From positions 279,004 to 343,003 of the forward strand of contig NW_005434589.1 of NCBI RefSeq assembly GCF_000315625.1: 64,000 bases of DNA, in the 5' to 3' direction. Of this stretch, positions 53,332-64,000 are shown piece after piece. The notes under the pieces are model-generated. The model searched no databases, was not told the DNA's origin, and worked only from the letters and a program-made list of their open reading frames with translations. The position numbers and the translations under genes are program-made. The first letter of the stretch is position 1; each line of letters opens with the position of its first letter. This stretch comes from Guillardia theta CCMP2712 (Eukaryota; Protista; Cryptophyta).

Positions 53332-56300
53332 TTGACAGGGCAATACTATGCATACCTCAACTCTGAAGGGAATCCAGAAAACATGAGAGCCTACTTCGAT
53401 TGTCATTTCCCCATCAGAGATACTCAGTCAGAAGAATTACAGGAGAACATGAGACAGAAAAGGAGAGAATTTGTACGAGAAGCAGATGCTGCTTTGACGC
53501 AAATCCTCCACACTGTTTACATGCAATGCCCTGGCAGGATTCAGATTCTGAAAGCCCACATGGAAGAAGAACACAAATCTCCTGAGACTCCTACAAAGCT
53601 TTGCTTAGCTGGGATCAAGGCATGGACAGACTTTAAAAGACTAGACAAGCCAACCGAAGCAACAAAAGCTGAGCAGACCCTTGCCAATCTCAAAGAACTA
53701 GAGCAAGCAGTAATCTACAACGGAGACTACCAGAGTTACATCCCCAATGTGGTTAGGACCTTGAAGAAATTTGCTTCACAAGGCAAAGACTGCACTTTTA
53801 TCTACACCCGTGCTTTCAAAGACGTTACTAGTCGACAACCTCAGAGCAATCGACGAAACGGGCGTTCAAGCAGAACTAGGCAGTTGGATAACATCTCAAA
53901 TCCATCGCAACGCAACGGAAGAAAACTTCTTCTACGAGGGAGAACCCCAGATAGAAGATTTTTTGAAATTTCATCAACACATGATGAACTTCACTACCAG
54001 AGGCACGAAACACCCAATACCTATCCTTCAAGCAGGACAAGAAAGCTCTGGCAAGAAATCAACAGAATCACATCATTCAGGTCAGAAACGAAAGGCGAAC
54101 GCCGTGTTTTCAGCCTCCGTCAAACAAAACAATACACCACAGAAAATCAGGAGACAACAACAAGAAAACTTTACTGGATGCAAAATCTGCAAAGAAAAAC
54201 GACTTCCAGCAAGGATTTCTCTCAGTCATGCTACCAGCGAGCATGACGCATCTAGGATCGGAGAAAGAGCCACTGGCAATAAAACAGCGCCAACCATGAA
54301 GAGGATCACAGGGAGCACTGATTTCAACCGGTTTTCAGACAAGGGCAGGAAGATCCGCAAAATTTACCGCCAAGAGTCATCGCTCGTCGAACCCAAACCG
54401 TTCAAACGAGGAGAGCGGGCAGTACCCCAAGTCAAAATACAAGCAAACAGTAAGGTCCTCGTGAACCTCACAAAAGCACTGCAAGAAGCCACCTCTACCG
54501 ACCAAACTGAAACCCAAGAATCAGTTCAAGAATCACCTAGCAGTGATGACGAAGAATCTGATGAACCGTCCTCATCTCGAACACCTCCGAAACGACTGAA
54601 AGAAGTCGTACAAGAGACGTTCCGAGGCACACTAGGACGCAGTTCTAGAAAGAATAAATCTCCCAAGGAGTATCCCTGTTCTAAAAATTATGTTGTATAT
54701 CAAAGTGATACCAGGTCGAAAACTGAAGAGACCCAGTAGGCTGCACAAGCTTGATGCAGCTCTGTTCTCAAAAGTTTCAAAACCATGGTACCTTGAATAC
54801 ATCTTTCAAATACCCAGACTGCTGATCAGGAACACTGATCGGTATCAAGTTTTCCTACACGCGTTAAAAGCGAAAGAACAACAAGAGTCCCTGTACGCTA
54901 TTGTCGACTCAGGTGCAACTGTAAGCGTACTCTGCAATCCAAGTTGGTTACAGAGATCGTTTACACACAAAACTGAGATCACCGGCGTGGGGGGCAGCAA
55001 GATCAATACATCGCTCGGAGGAATTCTAGCCTGGCAGGAACGATAGCATCAATCGAAGGAAAACGTTTTGCATTTGCAACTATAGCAACAGTAATCAGCG
55101 ACGAAAATGCTAAAATCAACCTGTTATCCATCTGGCACACGGAATCATTACACTCAACAATGAATTTATACCTTTCTACTTCTGCCCAAGCACCTACCTA
55201 TGGTACGTCGAAATCCAAAGACCCAACAGGAAGACCAATTAGATAATCTCCAAGCTATCAGCAAAAACCATCTGGGATAAAGACACAATTCTCAGAGAAA
55301 TTCAAGAAGGCGAAATACCACTCACGGCAACAATCAAGGAGTCAACACAAACGACAAATACACAAAGTACATCAAAACGCAGAATCCACCTGATCATCCA
55401 CGGCGCAAGACTGGAGAGCGCCGGTACCTCGTTGGGGGGGAAGCATCCACATCTACCAAGCTGCGATGCAGGGGGAGAGCGGCACAACTTCGGCAACAGC
55501 TTTCAAGCCCACGCACATGAAGACCTTTCCTATCAGCATGCGAGATGTACGACCTGAATTAAACACGTCAGAAGAGTCAGACACTCCAAGAGTCAGACAC
55601 TCCAAGACCTGAATTAGACACGTCAGAAGAGTCAGACACTCACAATTCACGACGGAAGAGATTCAACAGCAAACCAAGGAGTATCTCAACGACCCAAGAT
55701 CATTTACAGATTTTGACGACTTCACAAACACAACGATCGAAGAACTTGACGAAAACGACAAGGAATACGAAGAACAATTGAAGAATGACAAGTCAGATCT
55801 CAAGAATATTTACCTATATTCAACGGGAGAACGCATCAAAGGAACAAGAGCATCAGCGATTCTGCTCAAGTGGCACGTAAGAACCAACCACATCGGCAAG
55901 AAATACCTTTTCCAACTGGCAGAAAACATCGAAGGCATGGAGGAATTGAAGAGAATCAATCCAAAGACACCCCTGCCGACATGTCACACATGCCGCAGAG
56001 CGAAAACCAAGGCAGCTCCATTACCAAAATTCAGACACAAAAGATCCGATGTCAGATTTCACAGGCTGCATGGGGATATGGGCTCCTATCGAGTCCGCTC
56101 GATCGAAGGAGCAAAGTACCTCCAACTCTGGAAAGACGACTTCTCAGGATTCAAGATGCCTGTAGGTTTAGCGAGCAAGAAAGGTTACAGGAAATCGTTA
56201 CGACTTGTTGTCACGAGATTCAACAATGGGGTCTACCCCAAAGTGATTCGAGTTGACAATGGGAGCGAAATGGTTTCAAAGAAATCACTGAAGATGTACG

Positions 56301-59190
56301 AGAAGCACAACATCCACCTAGAAAGAAGCGCACCATATGAGCATTGGCAAAATGGAAGAGCTGAATCTGGAATCTACTCGTTAGATACAAGGACTAGATT
56401 GGCAATCGTACACTCAAACGTTCCGAAAAATCTCTGGCTCAGCGCTATATATTACAACGCAGAGATCGAGAATGCATTCCTTCCTACCAGCAGAAACTCA
56501 AACATCAGTTGCTACCAAGCGTTTACAGGCACATCACCAAACGCAGAACACTTCCATCCATTCGGTTGCCTCTGCTACGTTCATATCCTAAAGGACAGAA
56601 GATTAGATCAAAAGAAAGACAAAAAACTCGAGCCAACAACAGAAGTTTGCGTGTTTCTTGGCTTCGCCCACCACCTAGGAATGAAAGGTTATTTGGCAGC
56701 AGCACTGAATGGGAAACAACTGTACGTCACACAGAACAATATAAGCACCCGGAGGACAGATCTTGGAAAATACCATACGGCGGAACTGATGATTTTGGCG
56801 ACGACAACGTCATTGTGCTCAAAAGAGCCGGTGAACGATTGATCGAAATGTCAGATACATCAGACGCATCAGATTCAGAATCTGAAGATGCCGGTGGAAA
56901 CTCCAGCACCCAACCTGAAGAGAGAAATCGACGACCGTTTGCAGATCAACAACATGGCATAGCACACAATGATCCCATGGTGATCCAAGTGAGGCAACAA
57001 GCTATTGAAGTTGACAACCATCTCACGAGAACCTGCTCTGAGACATCAGTTGTAAGAGAGAGTGATATCATACAACTTGGCAAGACGAACAAGTAGCGGT
57101 GGATCCAGGACTATCAGAAAGAGGGCACATGAACCGTGAACTAGCCAGTCTTCAAGTCGAAACCTACAACAGTGGTGAAAAGGATTTTGAGTGGGATAAA
57201 CTCACCCAAATACCTGAACATCAACTGAGGTCAGGACGAATTGTACAGAAGACGAATGTGGACACACCGACAAGTGATTCAGACCACGAAGACAATGATC
57301 TTCCAGCAGGAATTGAACTTCCGAGTTCGACAATCAAGACTTCATCAATGCGACACTACTTCCATCAGGAAGCACACTAGAGTTCCTTACGAACCTTGGC
57401 ATCCCTTATCAAGATCGCACCTTAACGAAGCGACAATACTGTGGAGTACTTGTCGACACATACAATAACCTGGAAGAGAAAATCATGACATGGTCACATG
57501 GGCCACCACAACGAAACATGTACAACGAAAATCATTACAACGAAGAAATCGACAGCTTGATGTCTTTTCTTCAAGGATGCAAGAAAGATGATATCGCGTT
57601 TGACAATGACGAACCAAACAACAACAATCCAGAGAGACACCATTGGATAACAGCAATTCAGTCAGAGGCACGATCATGGAACGGACTAAAAGTATTCGAA
57701 GAAGTCGACAACATCCCAGACGGAAGAAAGGCAATCGGATGCAGAATCATCCTTAAAAGGAAAAGAGGACCGAATGGAGAAGTATTGAAATACAAGGCAA
57801 GAGCGATCATACAAGGTTACAACGCGGTACAAGGGATCGATTACCTCGACTCCTTCTCAGCGACAGCGAACCCAGTTACGATCAGACTCCTCATGTCAAG
57901 ATATCTCAACTGCATACCTGATGGCACCACTTCCTACAGTTGTATATATCAGGACCCCAAAGGAATTTCAAGAGTTCTGCAACATTAGAGCAGCATACTT
58001 GAAGATCCTGAGTTCAGTCTATGGACTTCCTTCATCAGGTCGAAACTTCTGGAAGAAGCTCTGCCAAGACCTACGCGATTTCGGTTTCAAAGCCTGCACG
58101 TCAGATGATTGTTTGTTTCTATATCATGACGAGCAAGGGGGAGAGATCATCATCGCGTTAGTAGTCGACGACATCATCCAAGCTAGCAACAGCCAAGCAC
58201 TATTTGCATTGAAGTTCGACGACTTCATGATGAACACAAAAGGATACAGCGTAACAACTGACAACGATCTTAGCTTCTATCTGGGAGTCGCGTACAAGAG
58301 GGACGAAGCTGGAGACTTCATCAGCAACCAGCAAGCGTACATCGAAAAATGTTTGAAAAGATTCAACCTCGAGGGGATCGACCCTACAGGCCGGGAAATT
58401 CACCACACCAATGGATCCCAAGTTCGTGATCGAACCAGAAGACGTTGATCCGCACGCGCCTGAAGACTTAGTCAAAATCTACAGAAGCCAAGTAGCAAGT
58501 CTGATATACATAGCAACATGGTCAAGACCAGAAATCAGCTATGCAGTATCATTGCTATCAAGATATCTCACAAGTCCTACGAAGGAACTGTTAATGGCAG
58601 TGCACAGAGTATACGCTTATCTCAAGAACACCAAGACACTAGGAATCAGATACACCGACAACGATGACAACGGACACAAGAAAATGGAACTAGTCGCATT
58701 CTGCGATAGCTCAGACGCCGGGGCATTGCAAGCTCACAAGCAGATCAACCGGTGGATACGTCATTTTCCTCAATGGGACACCAATCTCATGGAAATCAGC
58801 AAGACACAACACAGTCTCACTGTCTACCATGGAAAGCGAATACATCCAAAGCACGCTTACAGCTATCGAGATTTTGTACTTGCGAGAGACGCTCGAGTTC
58901 ATGGGATACAAGCAACCTACGACGATATGCTATCAAGACAACGCCGCCTGCATCAAGCTCAGCGAGAATCCCGTCAGCAAGAGCAGATCGAAACACATCA
59001 AGAGAAGACACCATTTCATACGGCAATGCGTTGCCGCAACAAGGAGATCACCTTGGAAGCAATTCATACAAGCGAGCAAGTTGCTGATATATTCACAAAA
59101 CCGCTGCCCGCTGATCAGTTTCTCTATCTAAGAGACCAATTGTTGAACCTCCCTGAAGCAACACGCTATCAAAGGAAAACAAAAAAGTAA
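53332..59190 (+). pseudogene. Copia gag-pol, multiply frameshifted
   Basis: Gag CKIC...H...H; protease AIVDSGAT (~54900); integrase WHVRTNH/CHTC, HGD, RVDNGSE, QNGRAE, FHPFGC, MKGY; RT YKARAIIQGY, DISTAYL, VYGLPSSGRNFW, VVDDI; RNaseH FCDS, ESEY, QDN, QVADIFTKPL; spread over at least 8 frame changes. Confidence 0.93.
55551..55642 (+). repeat. Internal tandem duplications (ACCTGAATTA.ACACGTCAGAAGAGTCAGACACTC x2; AAGAGTCAGACACTC x3)
   Basis: Direct repeats in the protease-integrase linker. Confidence 0.85.
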
Positions 59191-59879
59191 TTCATACGAT
59201 GATTACCTTTGGTAATTTTCAAAATGAATAAACTTTTCTCAAACTTGTCTAAGATCCTTCGAAGGACAAAGACACATACGCGAAGTGCTGAGCGCCTCTG
59301 GACTGTTCTAGTACCAGGGAGTAGCATAGTACAAGCGAAACCATAAGCATGTGGCACAACTTGAGCATCCCTGGGGCATTGCGACTTCAGAGGGTAGTGA
59401 TAGTTGCTTGCAAACGCAAAATGCTACATAGCTGCTCTAAACTTCCATTGAAGCTAGTTGATGAAGCGAAAAGCTACATCAGGGTTTGAAATTGCTTACC
59501 CCACACAATCAGCAGTGTGTGAAAGGCAATACAACGTCTCGTTACCTCAAAATGCTACACGCAATTCCTCACGTGCATCCACAAAATGCTACGAAGGAAA
59601 CGTAAAAGCATGTGGAAACGACGTGTTATGCTCACTGAAAGGCATATGAATGCATGTATGACTTTGGAACCTAAGTCATTCGCTGAAACGTACTGGGAAC
59701 TCACCGTCCTGGGCCACATTTGCATTTTGGCTTTCTGCCATTTTCGCATTTTGTTGGTTAGTTCGCGAAGAGTCAAAGGGAGACCCTCATACAGCCATCG
59801 GAGCCGTTGGGTCGATTCCGGTGTTGCATAAATCAATGCTCTCACGCAGTGACGACACTGAGTTTCGAGCAAGGGGGAG

Positions 59880-60254
59880 TGATGTTGCACCCGCATGACG
59901 TTACGTCAGTAACGGACATGGCAGCATCATGCGAGTAGTCGCAAGAGGCTACGTACGCTGGCGAGGTGTATAATGCTAGAATCGAAGATGTGTACTGGAC
60001 GTAGACGTACGTACAACACATTGGTATGATGAAAGCATGAGGCTGGTATAAACCGATACACATGTTTACTCATTGCTGTATTACGGGTTAAGCCTGACCT
60101 CGACATATAAGCAACCCATCTTAGACGTTGGCCACGTCATCGGAATGGGATTGCACGAACATTGACGTGTGTTCTCTTACTGCTGTACATAAACAAATCT
60201 AGCTTCATTGTTCATCTGTTCTACTCCTAAGTGCACTATCGCTCAGTTGCTGGA
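59880..60254 (+). repeat. 3' LTR, lacking the terminal ~14 nt
   Basis: Matches the 5' LTR up to ...GTTGCTGGA, then diverges; CTATACCCGCATCA is absent. Confidence 0.93.
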
Positions 60255-62490
60255 TGGCGGACTGGATATTGGCAAATACTTTAGTGGCAAACCTGTTGAG
60301 TTGGAAGTGCATGGGCTTGTTGTCGGAATGACCAATGATGTTGAGTATCTTGATGCATGCTGGAGATAGGATTTTGCTTTGTTTGAGCCATGTTGAAGTT
60401 CCCAGTAACCTTCTCTCCACAGACGGTGACACAGTCACAGTAGCAGTGACACTCGAAGTAGACAGTGATAGCACCGACTGCAAGTTTCTGTAGCAGTGGT
60501 AATAGATATCACGAATGGATGGCCGCGCAGGAAAGATATCAGGATACAGAGAACAAACGGAGGTGATAAGAGATTGGTATGGATGGTCAAGCTTGTTTAC
60601 TTCAAGCAATCCAGTCTCACAGAGACTATACACCTCGTTCTCCTTTCCCTGTCCTGCAAATGCGTGCGGCCCTTCTTCCTCTTCCTCGGTCCCTAAAATA
60701 GGGGCTGCCCGGTCCTAGGAACTACCACTACCGGTACTCTACGCTTCTTATCTGCGATATGATTCTTCGACCGGTCCGAGGCCTGGTTCCGTACCTTGAG
60801 GGTCCCCTCATAGGCTTGACATGACGAGGTCTTCGATTCTCATCCAACGCTCTGTTGACGTAGCTGCTCCCTTGACCTTGACAGGTCCTGTGTCTCCGTA
60901 GGAGCATGCTTGGAGGTGGTCTCGTGCATTCCTTGTATGTCCTCCGCTAAGATGATCATGATAGTACTGTCTTCTTTGATCAGACCCCTTGTTCTCCCAT
61001 GTCCATGACTTCAGGGGTGATACTTCCAATCTCCCCTTGAGCGTAGCCGTATCCTGCCACCGTGTCATCTGCTGTCCTGTCGTGGACTGATATAAGCTGA
61101 CTCGCTTATCTCCTGCTGCCATCCACGAGTCCTAAGTTCTTGCTGTCTTCTTCATGATTCTCCTACGTCGCCCTTATTGTAGCTGTTGCTGTCCTCTCCA
61201 GGGACGCATTCCGAGGCTCTAAGCATCTGTGCACTTGAGCCACGTCGATTACTTGGCATTGTCTGAGGTGAAGCTTCCTCCTATAAGGTGCTTCAACACC
61301 CTCCCTTGGCTCTTGTGTGCCGATGCCAGCATTGTTACTTTGCCGCGCCTCCATTGACGGTGTCAGGCTTGTCAAATTTGACTATGCCTTTCAAATGACC
61401 TGCTGCGGTTGACTCTTCGCGCGTCGTCGCCGCAGTATTCCCTCCCTTGCCTAGAGTAGGCGGGAGCTGTTGCTTGACAGCAAGGTGGGCTCATGCTTGG
61501 TCTCTGGTCGTCTGCCTTGAAGCTGTATGGTTGCTCATCAGACTTGATATTCCTCTTTCCATAAGCGATCAGCCTCTTGACTTGACTTTCGCAGTAGGGC
61601 TGTGCATGGTACTGAAAGGTTCTCCTCAGCGCCCATCAGCACTGATGTGCCTGGCGACTTGGGACCTCCTTGATTTCTGCAGCATCATTTCATAACTTCG
61701 ATCGAAGGTATATCTTCATCGTCTGCTTCTTCGTCTTGCGAAGGCTTGGCGCTTCAAGCTGCCTTTCATTTCTTCAACTCTGCTGTAGAGTTGGTTCGTC
61801 ACAGTGTCATCACGTCGCCATCACAATATAGTGGCTTGTAACGAGGCTTTGGGACGTCTCCCTTCCTCGGTCTTCACAACCTTCAAGCTTTCATCTGCCG
61901 TGCTCTGCTTGCCGTATCAACATCACGGCGCTTGACCAGTGGAATCATGAGGTAATTCCTCTCCTCACTGTTGGCCACGTACAGGCTTTGAGGTTGGATT
62001 GAAAACAGCTCTTGTCACTTTTGACATTCAGAGCGACTTTGATCAGGACTGATCCCTCCATCATCGAGATTTTCTCGCTGTCATGTCACCCCTCAGCTTC
62101 TTTGCCACACTCATCATCATGGTGGGAGAGCTGTATTGTGGCCTCGTCGTCATCTTGTGCGACTCCTGGCTCTGCTTGCCAGGGATCCCTGTGACTCGTC
62201 CATGTCACTTGACATAGGGATGATGCGAGGCTCGATGCTGATGTCATCATCAGATGTTCTCAGAGGTTCAGCCTGTCATGAAGTTCAGTATTCAGGTATG
62301 ATAGTGAAAAGATATGATATTTCCTGATTTTGATTGTTCATTTAGTGAACCCTCCCTGACTGTCTCTGGTGTCGAACAGATGACCTCAGGCTGAAGTGGG
62401 TCCCCTGTGACTTCGCATCATCCATCTCCCTCCCTGACGAGGTACAGGGAGCTTGGCTAGCTTGACAAGGTCTTGCATGAAGCAGCGGCG
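60255..62490 (-). pseudogene. Decayed accessory coding region downstream of the second element's pol (5' part of the interrupted ORF)
   Basis: Open frame 60256-60715; upstream sequence is purine-rich and coding-like on minus but full of TGA stops, consistent with CpG decay; no intron pattern seen. Confidence 0.45.
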
Positions 62491-62499
62491 TAATGATGG

Positions 62500-63850
62500 T
62501 CAAACGGAGACCTGAGACATGTCGTTGCCGAACAAGAACGATGCTAGCTGACGAATTTTGGAGACTGGGCAGATCTTGGTGAGAATGTCCGCAGGGTTGT
62601 ATGTAGTAGCAATCTTCACAGCGATGATTTCGTTTTCATCCACCATCTGAAGAGTGAACCGATGTCGAATTGCAATATGCTTAAGCTTCGAAAATGCGCG
62701 ACGGTCCCTCAGCAGATGGATGACCGCTGCATTATCAACGAGAATGATTGTTGGGTCACGCTGTACAAACCCCAGTTCGAGCAGGATGGATCGTAGCGTC
62801 CGTATCGCCTTCGCACAGTTGGAGCAACTGTACAACTCGGCTTCCGTACTCGATAAGCTGACGACCTTCTGCAATTTGCTGGAGAAGTTAACTGGACCTC
62901 CGTTAAAAGAAATCACAATCCCTCCTTGAGAACGACGTGTAATTGGATCTGTTCCCCAGGTGGAATCACTCGCAGCTATCAGAGTGTTGTGATAATGCTG
63001 TTGATTGAAGAATGTACCCGATTGGGAGAACGTTAGGCTCTGTTCACGAGTGTTATAAACGTATTGAGTCAGATGGATCACGGCCTTGACGTCGCTAACC
63101 CGAGGCCGTTTGGCAAATCGGCTCAGCAGGCTGACCGCAAAACATATATCTGGCCTGGTCGCGGCGGTGAGATACAGAAGTGAACCTAGCAGAGCTTGGT
63201 ACAGTCGAATTTGCTTCTCATTCAACACCAGATCATCCTCTAGGTGGTAGGAGGAGACATAATCGTGTGGTAAGACGCTTCTCACTGACTTTTGAGGTAT
63301 TTCGAATCGCTCAACAATCTGATGGATAAAATGTGTCTGGTTGAGCTCGACGGTGCCTTTAGCCAAGTCTTGTGTTATTTTGACCCCCAGGAATGTTCCA
63401 GTCGCCTGAGGGGACTCTGAAAACTCGAAATGATGAGAGAGTTGGAGCAGAAATTCAGACAAGACTGCTTCTGTCTGAGAAGCCAGCAAAATATCGTCAA
63501 CGAAGATGGTCCCAATGATTCGATGACCACTGGCATTCTCGTAGACAAAAAGTACCTCGTCGACGCCGACTAGACGACATCCCATCTTCTTCAGAGTCTT
63601 CGTGAAACATTTGAACCAACTCCGCGGGCTGGTTGACAGGCCATACAGGCTCTTCTTCAGACGAAGTAGTCTTCCCCTTGGTAAGGCGAGCTGTTCTGGA
63701 GGTAACATGTAAATTTCCTCGTCGATATCTGCATTCAAAAACGCGGTCGAAATATCTCGCATCGTCAACAACCAGGCGTTTCCAGCGGCAATTGCACAAA
63801 TGAGCCTAACGTTCTGGAAATCTGACGTTGGAGCATATACTGGACCACAT
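62500..63850 (-). mobile_element. Second Ty1/Copia element: open RT + RNaseH
   Basis: VYAPT, DISTAFLNADIDEEIYM, LKKSLYGLSTSPRSW, IFVDDIL, TRPDICFAVSLLSRF, SDS, SSTEAEL, VDN, KHIAIRHRF, NPADILTK. Confidence 0.95.
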
Positions 63851-64000
63851 GGCAACTTTATCAGGGACGAGAATTCGACTATGATAAACTGAAGGTATTC
63901 GGATGTACGGTATTTGTTGCCAACGAGGAGAAATTGAAGAATGATATGCCTGCTATTACTGCTGAGAACGGACGTCCCATTTACACTCCCTTTTCCTTCA
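63847..64000 (+). mobile_element. Copia integrase C-terminal fragment on the opposite strand to the adjoining RT
   Basis: + frame reads TWQLYQGREFDYDKLKVFGCTVFVANEEKLK, matching the Copia 'PYE...G.KP....LRVFGC..YV' segment. Confidence 0.7.

Larger units (their letters stand above)
52800..60254 (+). mobile_element. Ty1/Copia LTR retrotransposon, near full length, coding region disrupted
   Basis: Paired LTRs, PBS-like GGTTAT at 53190, PPT AAGGGGGAG at 59871-59879, domain order gag - protease - integrase - RT - RNaseH. Confidence 0.96.

Overview
Eukaryotic nuclear DNA, most likely from a cryptophyte alga (Guillardia/Hanusia-like). This is inferred from dense genes, many 45-60 nt GT-AG introns, a signal peptide + Phe bipartite plastid-targeting leader and microsatellite-filled introns. 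Positions 1-49 kb are gene-rich: PAP/fibrillin, a secreted LRGG-leader protein, Yip1, a ~20 kb gene for a ~6,000-aa repeat-built type I surface protein (two long repeat families, nested Cys modules, discoidin-like and CUB domains, one TM helix), an ankyrin protein, a sulfotransferase, an SDR, phosphatidylinositol synthase, a FAM166/CIMIP2-like EF-hand protein and a C2 + 2x cNMP protein. Positions 49.8-64 kb are a nested retroelement block. A Ty1/Copia element with almost identical LTRs but a broken gag-pol (52800-60254) has inserted into an ORF that can be rejoined in frame. That ORF appears to lie in the long 3' accessory region of a second, larger minus-strand Copia element (RT/RNaseH at 62500-63850, candidate 1.8-kb LTR at 49789-51601), which also carries an intact AT-rich antisense orphan ORF and an internal strand switch. 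There is one 100-N assembly gap. Exon boundaries were read by eye and are approximate.
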